IMG/VR virus record: IMGVR_UViG_3300021057_000001
Coordinates: 1 to 59,594 of that record
Length of the DNA: 59,594 nt
DNA from: a virus
Lineage: Duplodnaviria; Caudoviricetes
Strand: one strand, 5' to 3'
A model generated the notes under the pieces. That model was given only the letters and a program-made list of their open reading frames with translations, was not told the origin of the DNA and did no database searches. The stretch's first letter is position 1; the number at the start of each line of letters is the position of its first letter. Below are positions 45,476 through 54,482 of this stretch, in pieces. A program made the position numbers and the translations under genes.

Positions 45476-48016
45476 ATGAGCCTGCTCCTCCTGCTCCGCA
45501 CGAACGCGTACGGCAAGCCGTACTCCTCGTACTGGAGCGACCACTTCCCTCGCAAGAGCCAGGGCCACTCCTCGCACTGGAACTACCACTTCCCCGACGA
45601 GCCGTCGACGGACACGCCGGGCACCGATCCGGAGGGAGCGGCCACCTTTGCTCTCACCCTCGAGTCCGAAACCAAGGTCACGTTCGCGTGGCGCACCGGC
45701 CTGTTCAAGAGCTACTCCGGCAAGGAGCGCCGGCAGAACCTGATCGACGACCCGGCTATGCGCTTCGAAGGCAAGGCGCTGCTGGTCGGCGACGACCTGC
45801 GCACGGCGAGGTCGAGGATCGCCAGCTACGCGGCTCTGGGAAGGCCGTTCCAGCTCGGGCTGCCGTACGAGGAGCTGGCGCTGCGTGCCAAGTCGACAGG
45901 GGCTGTCGTCGCGGTGCACTCGACGGCACGCGCCGACTGGGCCGTGCCTGGGCAGCGCGTCGTCGTACGCCGCAAGACGGGCAACGCCTATCAGAACATC
46001 GAGGCGGTGATCCAGTCGACCACCGCGACCACGATCACCATCGACAAGACGCTCGGCGACGTCGGCGCTCTTGGCGCGTCGATCATGCCGACGATCGCCG
46101 TCTACCTCGAGCCGCAGCAGGGGTTCCAGCGCTACGTGACACCCGACGGCGTCGAGCACTGGGCGCTGCGTGCCCGATGCGCCGTGGCCGGGTTCGCCTC
46201 GAGCGACGTGCGCGCGCGGCTCTCGCTCGCCTCGCCGAAGACCACGAGCGGCGCATTGACCGGCCTCACCCTGTGGGCACGCGACGCCGGCGCGGCAGGC
46301 AACTCGATCGTGATCACCCAGAACGATGACGCGCTGACCAGCGGCGGCGAGCTCGTCGAGGACACGGTCGCCAAGACGCTCACGATCAAATTCATGGGCG
46401 GGCTCACGACGGCGGCCCAGTACTTCACGCTGATCAGCAACGGCTCGTCGCTGGTCCGCCCGGACGGCACGTACACGCCCAGCGCGGTGCTGGCCAGCAC
46501 GAGCGACGAGTTCGCGGCCTCGGCGCTATCAGGAGGCGCGAACGCCACCCCGTGCTCGTGGGGCCTCAGCGCGACGGTGGCGACGTTCGCCGGCTCGCCG
46601 ATCTGGGACCGCGGCATCGACGCCCAGGGCGGATCTGCCGACGACTCGGTGCACACCATGGCCCAGGTGCAGGACCTCGGCGGGCTGCCGTTCGCTGCTG
46701 GGAGCGCGACGATGCCCGATTGGGGCCGCCGCATCGCGATCGATCGAGCGCGCCTCGATCAGTGGCAGTGGGTGAAGAAGTTCCTCGACACCGTGAAGGG
46801 CCGCTGGAAGTCGTTCTGGCTGCCGACGATGCGGCCGGATCTGGTTCCGACGGCGAAGGGCGTCGGTACGCTGACCGTCGAGTCGGGCGAGAGCGACGTC
46901 GCGGCCTGGTACCCGCTGCAGCGCGGCCACCTGATGGTGCGTGAGGCGAGCGGAACGATCACGTATCTCGTCATCGCCGATGCGATCGACAACCACAACG
47001 GGACACACACGCTGTCGATCCGGAACGCGGCTGGCGGCTCGGTGACGCTGGCCACGCTGCCCGAGCTCGTGTGCTGGCTCGAGCGCTGCCGGCTGGAGAG
47101 CGACGAGGTGCAGGTCCAGTTCGCCGATGCGCGGTTCGCGGTGAGCATGCTGGCGAGGGCGGTGCAGCAGGACGAGGAGGATGCGGCGGCCGATACCCTC
47201 CTGCGAGACGAGGGCAGCGTCGAGGAGGGCCGCGCGCGCGAGGCGATCCGGATCGAGCACGGCAGCGTCGAGTACCTGATCGCCACCGGAACCCGGAATC
47301 TCACGATCGGCTCCGACACGTTCACCGCGCAGCCGGCCGGTCGCGGAGAGATCCGCGTCACGAACGCAAACGCTGACGCCGACGAGATGCAGATCCATCT
47401 TCCGGTCTCGCATCCGTTCTGTCGTCGCTGGCTTGGCGCGCCGACGCCACCGCAGCTCGTGAACGTGACCATCTATCGCTACCAGATCCTAAGTGGCGAG
47501 TCGGAGATTCAGTTCGCTGGCGAGGTCCTGTCGGTGCAGCCCGACGGGCACACCGCGGTGATTCGCCTGATCTCCACGTTTGCGCGCGCGCTGCTCCAGC
47601 GCGTTCCCAGCCAGACCGTGGGACGCACGTGCTCACACCTGCTCGGCGACGAGAACTGCCGCGTCAATCTCAACACCTTCAAGGTGTCGACCACGGTCAG
47701 CTCGTTCAGCGGCCGCTCGATCACGGTCGCATCTGTCGGTGGCAACCCGACGGGATGGTTCGACGGCGGCCACGTTACGCACACGGCAAGCGGCGAGAAG
47801 CTCACGATCTCGGTGCACAACGGCTCGATCCTCGAGCTGCAGCACGCCATCTATGGCCTGGCCGTGGGCGACGCGATCGACATCTTCCCGGGGTGCGCCA
47901 AGACGGTCGCGATCTGCGCCTCGAAGTTCAATAACGCGGACAACTTCAGCAACCCGCCCCTCTTGCCCGTCGCGAACCTGATGCGCGCGACCGGCTTCGG
48001 AGTCATCCGGTCATGA
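45476..48016 (+). CDS. Distal tail protein fused to baseplate hub (DUF2163/BR0599-like)
   Basis: WRT...SGKERR and KGRWKSFWLPT (Dit-like); CSHLLGDENC and PGCAKTVAICASKFNNADNF (hub). Confidence 0.8.
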   Translation: MSLLLLLRTNAYGKPYSSYWSDHFPRKSQGHSSHWNYHFPDEPSTDTPGTDPEGAATFALTLESETKVTFAWRTGLFKSYSGKERRQNLIDDPAMRFEGKALLVGDDLRTARSRIASYAALGRPFQLGLPYEELALRAKSTGAVVAVHSTARADWAVPGQRVVVRRKTGNAYQNIEAVIQSTTATTITIDKTLGDVGALGASIMPTIAVYLEPQQGFQRYVTPDGVEHWALRARCAVAGFASSDVRARLSLASPKTTSGALTGLTLWARDAGAAGNSIVITQNDDALTSGGELVEDTVAKTLTIKFMGGLTTAAQYFTLISNGSSLVRPDGTYTPSAVLASTSDEFAASALSGGANATPCSWGLSATVATFAGSPIWDRGIDAQGGSADDSVHTMAQVQDLGGLPFAAGSATMPDWGRRIAIDRARLDQWQWVKKFLDTVKGRWKSFWLPTMRPDLVPTAKGVGTLTVESGESDVAAWYPLQRGHLMVREASGTITYLVIADAIDNHNGTHTLSIRNAAGGSVTLATLPELVCWLERCRLESDEVQVQFADARFAVSMLARAVQQDEEDAAADTLLRDEGSVEEGRAREAIRIEHGSVEYLIATGTRNLTIGSDTFTAQPAGRGEIRVTNANADADEMQIHLPVSHPFCRRWLGAPTPPQLVNVTIYRYQILSGESEIQFAGEVLSVQPDGHTAVIRLISTFARALLQRVPSQTVGRTCSHLLGDENCRVNLNTFKVSTTVSSFSGRSITVASVGGNPTGWFDGGHVTHTASGEKLTISVHNGSILELQHAIYGLAVGDAIDIFPGCAKTVAICASKFNNADNFSNPPLLPVANLMRATGFGVIRS

Positions 48017-49614
48017 GCGGCTGGCTGATCGCCGCCGAGCTCGCGCTGCTCGGCATTCGCTGGGGCTACCACCGGTGGTTCGAGGACAAGGACAGCCCTG
48101 CGCCGCAGGACGAGATCCAGATCCCGCTCACCGCGGAAGGCGCCGCGTACCCGCTCGTCTACGGGCGATGCATGGTGCGCGAGCCGATCCTTGCCTGGGC
48201 TGGCGAGGTTGACGCCGAGCCCGACCCTGACGACGGCGGTCTCGACAGCCAGACGTTTTGGCAGGGGGCGCCATTCCTCTACTACGGCACGTTCCTGTTC
48301 AACATCGGCATCGGTTTCCAGACCTATGATGGCGTGCAACCGGCGAACTACATCTACGGCATCTACGCTGGCGACGAACGGATCTCGGACGGACCGCATC
48401 CGCTTCTGATCAGCCCCGGCGCCCCGTACGTTCGCCTCAGCGATCTCGTCGGCAACGGAAACAACGAGAGTGCGGTGTCGACCGGACCGCGTCCCTGTTT
48501 CGTGTCGACGCTCTACAACCAAGGCGATGACCAGGGCAGCGAGTTTCTCGTGGGCGGGCTCGTCGAGTTCTACAACGGCGGCCACAACCAGAAGCTGGTC
48601 ACCGCTGGAACGCCGACGACGGCGGCCGGCGATCGAATGGTCGACGAGGGAGCAACCGCCACTCAGGTCCCCGGCTTCCGCGGGCTGCTCTCGGTTTTCC
48701 TCGGCGGCGAGTCTGGCTCCGCACCGGGGCTCGAATCGACGAAGTGGTGTCTCGGCTCGTCCGGGAAGATGCACGCGATGAGCTTCGAGGTCGGAAGCTA
48801 CTCGGTCTCGAACTTCGGCTCGCCAACGATCGGCAGCGAGGCGAATCCGGTCGACGTTCTCTACGACCTGCTGACGGGGAGCCGAAAACTGAACCTTCCG
48901 ACCAGCATGATCGATACGACTTCGTGGCAGGAGGTCGCGAACAAGCTCTACGCCGAGGGCAACGGCTACTCGCGGTCGCTGCCGCGCGGCTCGCTGCGCG
49001 AGATGATCCGCGAGATCCTCCTGCAGGGGGACATCGTAATGTACCCGCACCATGCGAGCGAGACCATCAAGCTGAAGGCAATCCGCGCCGACTACGTCTA
49101 CAGTAACCTCCTCGTGATCGATCCGGACTCGTGCGAGTCCTTGAAGTTCGTCGACAGCTACGGGCGCTCGACGATGCCGAACAAGTTCCGCCTCGTCTAC
49201 TCGAACCGGAACAAGCAATACGCGGACGACAGCGTCATCGCGACCAACGATGGCAACGCCTTTGCGCAGATTGCCGCGGGCGAGGAGCTGCTGATCCGCA
49301 TGCCGGGCGTCTGCACGGCGACGAACGCACGGGCATGTCTGGCGCGCGAAGCATCCGCTCGCGGTCGGTCGCTGATGAAGCTGCAGGCGATCGTCAGCCA
49401 GAAGTTCCGCAACTCGATGCCGGGCGACGCCCTCGTGGTGAACTGGCCGGAGTATGGGCTCGCCGGTCGCGTGTTCCGCCTGGCCACGCCGTCGCGCCGC
49501 GGGCAGGACGCGAACACGCTCGAGCTCGACCTGATCGAAGACCACTTCTACACGTTCAGGTTCCAGACCGGCGACGGCACCGGTCTGCCGTCGCTTCCCG
49601 GCGATGCAGCCTAG
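48013..49614 (+). CDS. Central tail / tail tip protein
   Basis: TAEGAAYPLVYG, VPGFRG, EANPVDVLYDLLT, IKLKAIRADY, LDLIED motifs. Confidence 0.85.
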   Translation: MSGWLIAAELALLGIRWGYHRWFEDKDSPAPQDEIQIPLTAEGAAYPLVYGRCMVREPILAWAGEVDAEPDPDDGGLDSQTFWQGAPFLYYGTFLFNIGIGFQTYDGVQPANYIYGIYAGDERISDGPHPLLISPGAPYVRLSDLVGNGNNESAVSTGPRPCFVSTLYNQGDDQGSEFLVGGLVEFYNGGHNQKLVTAGTPTTAAGDRMVDEGATATQVPGFRGLLSVFLGGESGSAPGLESTKWCLGSSGKMHAMSFEVGSYSVSNFGSPTIGSEANPVDVLYDLLTGSRKLNLPTSMIDTTSWQEVANKLYAEGNGYSRSLPRGSLREMIREILLQGDIVMYPHHASETIKLKAIRADYVYSNLLVIDPDSCESLKFVDSYGRSTMPNKFRLVYSNRNKQYADDSVIATNDGNAFAQIAAGEELLIRMPGVCTATNARACLAREASARGRSLMKLQAIVSQKFRNSMPGDALVVNWPEYGLAGRVFRLATPSRRGQDANTLELDLIEDHFYTFRFQTGDGTGLPSLPGDAA

Positions 49615-49904
49615 AAGCACTCGAGGAACAGGCGAACTGCGGGCGGTCCCGGGGCGAGCTGGCAGCAACCCCGGTGGCCGTCGGCATCCGTGAAGGTTCT
49701 TGGGCACTCGATGGGGTCCGACGGGCACGGGGGCGGCCCCTCGCAGAACGCCGTACAACTAGGGCCGTTCTCGGTGGGGTTCTCGACGCACGCACGCGAG
49801 CACATCTCGTCGCCAACACCGCACGAGACGCGGTCGTGTGGGCTGGGATCGGCACCATCCCCCGCGCACCCCGCCGCCGCCGCGAGCACCAGAAGTACCC
49901 TCAT
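49611..49904 (-). CDS. Cys-rich lipoprotein (antisense moron)
   Basis: MRVLLVLAAAAG/C lipobox and multiple Cys; TACGAT -10 ends 6 nt before the ATG. Confidence 0.7.
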   Translation of the reverse strand: MRVLLVLAAAAGCAGDGADPSPHDRVSCGVGDEMCSRACVENPTENGPSCTAFCEGPPPCPSDPIECPRTFTDADGHRGCCQLAPGPPAVRLFLECF

Positions 49905-49985
49905 GCCCCGATCGTAGCCACGCCCGCCCGCCGCCGCCACTTCGAGAGCTGCCGCACCGCGCTGCACCTGCCGCTTGAGGCGGAA

Positions 49986-50014
49986 TCGCCCCGCGGCGGG
50001 GCCCTTGGGAGCCT
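49986..50014 (+). promoter_or_regulatory. Late promoter motif (lysis operon)
   Basis: TCGCCC-N17-GAGCCT, GTG 6 nt later. Confidence 0.7.
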
Positions 50015-50020
50015 TGTCCC

Positions 50021-50677
50021 GTGGGTGACGATCCGACGAAGCCGGGCCGTGCAGGCTCCATGTCCGACACCGACCGAGCGCTGGTCGGGCGCGACCGCCG
50101 ACGCTCGCCCGCAGTTGGTGTTCCCGCGATCGATCCCGCCCTTGCCGAGCAGCTCATGCGGCTGGCGCAGCTCGAGGCCGACCTCATCGCCGAGGCGGAC
50201 GAGTTCGACGAGCAGTTCACGCCGGTGGCCGAGGTCCTCGCGCTGGCGAACACCGCGCGCGAGCGCGACCTCGTGCTCGCCCTGTGGCAGCACAGCGCGA
50301 ACCAGGAGCTGCGGTTTCGTCGCCAGCGCAAGCTGTCGAGCGAGGGCGCGCTCCGCCGCGACACCGACGCGAACACGAAGGCCATCACCGACATCCACGG
50401 GGCGAGCGGCGGCAACGGCAAGCTCGGCGAGCTCCGCAGGCGTGTCGACTCGCTCTCCAAGGCGGCGTGGTGGTTCGTCACCGCGGTCATCGGCGGCATC
50501 GGCGCCGCCGCGGTCAAGCTGGTCATGGTCGTCCGGGCATTCGACGCCGTCGAGAACACGGCCCAGCACAACTCGGCGCGGCTGCTCGAGCAGCAAGCGC
50601 GAATTCTGCGGCTCGAGACCGAGCTGCTCACCAGGTTCAGGCCGGCGGATGCGCCGGATAGGAGCAACGTCCCATGA
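50021..50677 (+). CDS. Membrane protein with coiled coils (lysis region)
   Basis: One TM (AAWWFVTAVIGGIGAAAV) flanked by coiled coil. Confidence 0.7.
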   Translation: MGDDPTKPGRAGSMSDTDRALVGRDRRRSPAVGVPAIDPALAEQLMRLAQLEADLIAEADEFDEQFTPVAEVLALANTARERDLVLALWQHSANQELRFRRQRKLSSEGALRRDTDANTKAITDIHGASGGNGKLGELRRRVDSLSKAAWWFVTAVIGGIGAAAVKLVMVVRAFDAVENTAQHNSARLLEQQARILRLETELLTRFRPADAPDRSNVP

Positions 50678-51222
50678 AGAAGATCGCCACGTCCGTTCTG
50701 TTCCTCGCCATCGGTTTCGCAGCCATGTTCGCGTTCATCGAAGTCGGCCGCGCGGATACGCCGTCGGTCACGCAGCTGGCCCAGGCGCGCGACACGACCG
50801 AGCATCCGTATCGGCCGCTCGTGGCCCAGGCACCGGGCTCCGGTGCCGTCACGATCCCGCCGTACGAGGGGCCGCCGCTCGACGTGCCGGCCACGGAGAC
50901 ATCGACGGCGCAGGCGCTCCCCGATCCGTCCGCCGAACCTACCGAGTCCGCCACGCTCGTCTGGAAGCTCTACAAGGCGGGTCACCTGATCCCCGCCCTC
51001 ATCGTGTTCGCGTTCTTCGCGTTGATGCTCCTGCAGCGGTGGATCGCGTGGCTGCGCACCGGCTACCGAAAGCTCGTCGTCGCCTCGACGCTCGCCGGCC
51101 TGGCCATGCTCGCCGAGCGCGCCGCGAACGGCGAGACACCGAACATGATGATGATCATGGGCGCGTTCGGTGCGGCCATCGCGCTGTACGTCAAGGGCGA
51201 GGGCGAGACGAAGGCGGCCTAG
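50674..51222 (+). CDS. Multi-TM membrane protein, holin candidate
   Basis: N-terminal hydrophobic helix, Pro-rich linker, three C-terminal TM segments. Confidence 0.6.
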   Translation: MKKIATSVLFLAIGFAAMFAFIEVGRADTPSVTQLAQARDTTEHPYRPLVAQAPGSGAVTIPPYEGPPLDVPATETSTAQALPDPSAEPTESATLVWKLYKAGHLIPALIVFAFFALMLLQRWIAWLRTGYRKLVVASTLAGLAMLAERAANGETPNMMMIMGAFGAAIALYVKGEGETKAA

Positions 51223-51224
51223 CG

Positions 51225-51515
51225 GTGGGCACCCGCCTGCAACGTCACCTTGGCGTGCTCGGTACGATCGATCCGGGCCAGTGGACATCGGATCCGCTGC
51301 GTCACCGCGTCGGCCAAATGCTGACCGTCTACTACAGCTGCCCGAAGTGTGGCGGCGTAGACGAGATCGCGACGTCGAGGATTGCCGCTGATGGCGGTGT
51401 GGTTCCGGCGGTTCAGTGCAGCGGCGCGGCGTGCTCGTTCAAGGACTTCGTTTCGCTCGAAGGCTGGCGCGAGCCCGCGTTCGACGTCTCGGACGTGCGG
51501 AGGGCCAAGGCGTGA
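51225..51515 (+). CDS. Small Cys protein (DUF6527-like)
   Basis: SCPKCGG...IAADGGVVPAVQC...CSF..FVSLEGW. Confidence 0.55.
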   Translation: MGTRLQRHLGVLGTIDPGQWTSDPLRHRVGQMLTVYYSCPKCGGVDEIATSRIAADGGVVPAVQCSGAACSFKDFVSLEGWREPAFDVSDVRRAKA

Positions 51516-51589
51516 TCTGGCTCCTCCGCCTCCTCTTCGCGCCACTACTCGCAATCGCGGCCATCGGCTGGCTGCTCTGGAGGGACTGA
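51512..51589 (+). CDS. 25-aa hydrophobic peptide
   Basis: VIWLLRLLFAPLLAIAAIGWLLWRD, read manually; coupled on both sides. Confidence 0.35.
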   Translation: MIWLLRLLFAPLLAIAAIGWLLWRD

Positions 51590-51810
51590 TGCGCCTCTTG
51601 CTCGCCATCGCGCTCGCCGCCTGTCTCGACGATCCGCCGTCCACCGAGGACGGCCACGATCCGGACGCCGACGTTTGCTGCTGGGGACTCGTCTTTCCGT
51701 GGCTGCCGTCGCCGCCGGAGTGTCTCTGCGGCTACACGGCCGAGGGCACGAAGAAGTGGCTCGAGTGCGTCGACGCCACGTACTGGTGCGACAAGCGGGG
51801 TGTGCCGTGA
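51589..51810 (+). CDS. Cys-rich lipoprotein
   Basis: MRLLLAIALAA/C lipobox, 6 further Cys. Confidence 0.65.
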   Translation: MRLLLAIALAACLDDPPSTEDGHDPDADVCCWGLVFPWLPSPPECLCGYTAEGTKKWLECVDATYWCDKRGVP

Positions 51811-52181
51811 CGGCGCTCGCTCTCGGCTGCGGCGGCCTTGCGCTCCTCGCTGTCGTTGCCTGCTTCGTGCTCGGGCTCAAGCTGTCGGCGGCTGGGAGGC
51901 GCGAGACCGAGGCCGTGCAGGCGAAGGCCGAGATGGTCGTGGCGACTGGTGAGATCGCCGCCGATCGCGACCGCCACAAGGAGCGAGCGGACAAGGCCGA
52001 GACCCAGGTCGCCGACCTGACGAAGCGCCTGCTCACGGCAGAGGAGCACGTCGCGGAGCTCGCCGCGAAGCTGGCGCGCCAGGTGATCCAGCGCGTCAAG
52101 GAGCAGCCACCGTCGCAGGACGGCGCGGATGCGGTGAACCAGCTGTTCTCCAGGCCGCTCTCGGGGAAGGAGAAGCCATGA
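51807..52181 (+). CDS. i-spanin-like protein
   Basis: N-terminal TM followed by long coiled coil, in the lysis region. Confidence 0.6.
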   Translation: MTALALGCGGLALLAVVACFVLGLKLSAAGRRETEAVQAKAEMVVATGEIAADRDRHKERADKAETQVADLTKRLLTAEEHVAELAAKLARQVIQRVKEQPPSQDGADAVNQLFSRPLSGKEKP

Positions 52182-52543
52182 GGAAGACGCGCCTTGTCGA
52201 ATGCGACCCGCAGTGGGTCGAGAATTATCACGGCACCGGCAAGATCGACGCGGTCCGATTCAATTGCCCCGAGGGGCATGTCGACTGCATCCACGTCATC
52301 CCGTTCACACCGGCGCTCGACGGCTCGGCGAATGTTCGGGATCGCGTGCAGTGGCAGCGAGCCGGCGACGACTTCGAAACGCTGACGCTCGCGCCGTCGA
52401 TCAAGCGCAACCCTCGGTACGCGTCGCGCGAGGAGGCCATCGCGGCGGGCTGCCTGTCCGAGTACGTCAACGACTCGATGCTGTGCGCGTTCCACGGTTT
52501 CGTCACGAACGGGCAGATCACGTTCTGCGGGGACAGCAAGTGA
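52178..52543 (+). CDS. DUF6527-like protein
   Basis: FNCP...WQRAGDDFETLTLAPSI...CAFHGFVTNGQI. Confidence 0.65.
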   Translation: MRKTRLVECDPQWVENYHGTGKIDAVRFNCPEGHVDCIHVIPFTPALDGSANVRDRVQWQRAGDDFETLTLAPSIKRNPRYASREEAIAAGCLSEYVNDSMLCAFHGFVTNGQITFCGDSK

Positions 52544-52869
52544 CGCGCATCCTCGACATGCTCTGGCGCACACTCGCCTTCGCGGTCCTCGTGCCGCTCG
52601 CGATCGTTGCGCTCGCCCTCTGCGGCTGCGGCCCGAAGTGCCCGAAGCCTCCACCGTGCATTCCGCCGCCGCCAGTGGTCACCGTCGTCAAGCCGCCGCC
52701 GTGCACGCTGCCCGAGCTTCCTCAGCCGATCGAGGGTCTCGGCGTGCCCGACGCGCAGCGCGACGGCTACTTCGTACCGCGCCAGCGCTGGGCCGAGCTC
52801 GGCGGGTACGTCGCCGGCGTTCGCGAGTGGATCGTCGCGGCGACGGCGTGCCTCGAGGCGAGCAAGTGA
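52540..52869 (+). CDS. o-spanin-like lipoprotein
   Basis: LALCG/C lipobox, Pro-rich linker, C-terminal helix with Cys. Confidence 0.65.
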   Translation: MTRILDMLWRTLAFAVLVPLAIVALALCGCGPKCPKPPPCIPPPPVVTVVKPPPCTLPELPQPIEGLGVPDAQRDGYFVPRQRWAELGGYVAGVREWIVAATACLEASK

Positions 52870-53012
52870 ACTGGAACGAGGTCGAGCGCGACGAGCGCTA
52901 CCGCCGCGTGTTCGTCGTGTGGCGCTGTCGGAGCTGCGGCAAGCGCGCGGTCACGATCGGCGCCGCGTCGCCCGGCAACTGCTGCTGCAGCGGCAAGGAA
53001 GTGCGGGTGTGA
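52866..53012 (+). CDS. Small Zn-ribbon protein
   Basis: CRSCG...CCC; coupled to neighbours. Confidence 0.4.
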   Translation: MNWNEVERDERYRRVFVVWRCRSCGKRAVTIGAASPGNCCCSGKEVRV

Positions 53013-53088
53013 GCTGGTCCGCTCGCCGCCGCCGCGACGCCGCGGAGTTCAAGGTGCTGCGCGTCGTCGACGACCCGAGGTGGAACTG

Positions 53089-53286
53089 ATGCACTGCAAG
53101 CTCGGTCCGCTCAAGTGCTCGCAGTGCGCCGGCGTACCCGCCAAGCGCGTCGATGTCGTCGATGGCTCGGTGACCGTGGACGGCGTGGTCACGCGCGATG
53201 CCCAGCCGGAGAGCGACCTCAATCAGCGAGCGCAGAACAGCCGTCGGCGTGGCGGTCAAACGCGCACGGGAAGGGGCAAGCGATGA
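53089..53286 (+). CDS. Small hypothetical protein
   Basis: CSQC motif; overlaps the endolysin start. Confidence 0.4.
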   Translation: MHCKLGPLKCSQCAGVPAKRVDVVDGSVTVDGVVTRDAQPESDLNQRAQNSRRRGGQTRTGRGKR

Positions 53287-53921
53287 CACGATTCGCAGAA
53301 GCATTCCCGCCGCCGGACGTCTACCTGGACCGGCGCAACTTCTCGCACGGTCACCACATCGACGGCGGCAACCGTCCATGGAAGGCCATCACCGGCATCT
53401 GCTTGCACCAGACCGCGTGCGTTCTCGGCGAGCGGCCAGAGCGCTGGGACACGCTCGGCGCGCACCTCGGCATCCTTCGTTCGGGGCGCGTCGTCCACGT
53501 CCACGACTTCTCGCGGCTCGTGTGGCACGCCAACGGGTGGAACGCGAAGACGATCGGCATCGAGATCGACGGCCTGTTCGAGGGCGTCCACGGCGATCAG
53601 CGCACGGTCTGGGACGACCCGTCGACGCCGCAACACGAGCGCGGGATGGACGTGACGCCGCAGCAGATCGAGGCAGCGAAGCAGACGATCCGCTGGTGCT
53701 GCACCGAGGTCCAGCGGCACGGCGGCGAGGTTGCTGTGCTGGTCGCGCACCGGCAGTCGTCGAAGTCGCGCAGGAACGATCCGGGATCGCAGGTCTGGAA
53801 GGAGATCGCGCTGCCGATGATGGCCGAGCTGGGGCTCAGCGACGGCGGGCCGGGGTTCGCGATCGGCGGGTACGCCATCCCCGAGGAGTGGGACGAGACG
53901 CGGAAGGGGATCCGGTACTGA
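53283..53921 (+). CDS. Endolysin, N-acetylmuramoyl-L-alanine amidase (Amidase_2)
   Basis: ICLHQT, AH, WHANGWN..TIGIEIDG, LVAHRQ, RNDPG Zn-amidase motifs. Confidence 0.92.
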   Translation: MTRFAEAFPPPDVYLDRRNFSHGHHIDGGNRPWKAITGICLHQTACVLGERPERWDTLGAHLGILRSGRVVHVHDFSRLVWHANGWNAKTIGIEIDGLFEGVHGDQRTVWDDPSTPQHERGMDVTPQQIEAAKQTIRWCCTEVQRHGGEVAVLVAHRQSSKSRRNDPGSQVWKEIALPMMAELGLSDGGPGFAIGGYAIPEEWDETRKGIRY

Positions 53922-54058
53922 TGGTGCGCCTCGCCGACCTGCGCCGCCGTCCGCGCACGGTCGCGCGACTGGCCAGGCGCCGCGGCGGAGTGCGCGTCGT
54001 CGGCGAGCGCGGTCAGCTGCTGTTCACGCTGTGCATTCCGTCGGGGCCGATCGCGTGA
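53921..54058 (+). CDS. Small basic hypothetical protein
   Basis: 45 aa coupled to the endolysin stop. Confidence 0.35.
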   Translation: MVRLADLRRRPRTVARLARRRGGVRVVGERGQLLFTLCIPSGPIA

Positions 54059-54143
54059 GCTGCGGCGGGCGGCCGGGCAAGGGACGTTCGCTTGGGTGGA
54101 GCAGTGCTGGGACGTGGGCTACAGGAGCCCTTGGAAGGCGTAG

Positions 54144-54437
54144 CTAGCGATCGAGACGCAGCGTCGGCTGGTCGCCGTCCATCGACTCCCAGCCGATCGT
54201 CGGCGCATTCGCCGCATACGAGGTCGCAATCGCAAGAGCCGAGAGGCCGTCATCGCTCATTGCGAAACCGGCCGGCACGACCAGATGGAACGGAACCCGC
54301 TCTCCGCCACGCTCGACCACGATCCTTCCGACGTCATTCACGCGCGTGTCGAGCGGCCACACTAACGTCACCACGCGTACGGCGCCGTCGTCGGTCAGTA
54401 CGATACCGTCCTCGAACGAAGGCCAGCGGATATCCAC
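54144..54437 (-). CDS. Hypothetical protein downstream of hicB
   Basis: 97 aa; TAGGGT -10-like hexamer 6 nt before the GTG. Confidence 0.55.
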   Translation of the reverse strand: MDIRWPSFEDGIVLTDDGAVRVVTLVWPLDTRVNDVGRIVVERGGERVPFHLVVPAGFAMSDDGLSALAIATSYAANAPTIGWESMDGDQPTLRLDR

Positions 54438-54482
54438 GCCATCACCCTACCGCGCGTCGGCGCACGTTGACCAGCGGCGGTT

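Noticed and set aside
46190-46560. Contractile tail (myovirus) suggested by a sheath-like segment
   Set aside because: The segment is an insert within the Dit-hub gene; no sheath, baseplate wedge or spike genes are seen.
41520-49614. Diversity-generating retroelement or invertible tail-fibre cassette
   Set aside because: No reverse transcriptase or invertase seen, and no near-identical nucleotide repeat pair noticed; the repeats are diverged protein-level duplications.
47851-49758. Long antisense or alternate-frame ORFs (also 40944-42713, 35601-37232, 49131-51224, 9090-10508)
   Set aside because: Arg/Ala/Pro-rich shadow frames expected at this GC content, overlapping genes with clear motifs.
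54116-54132. Intrinsic terminator after the lysis operon (GGGCT-ACAGG-AGCCC)
   Set aside because: Only a 5-bp stem and no real U-tract; too weak to call.
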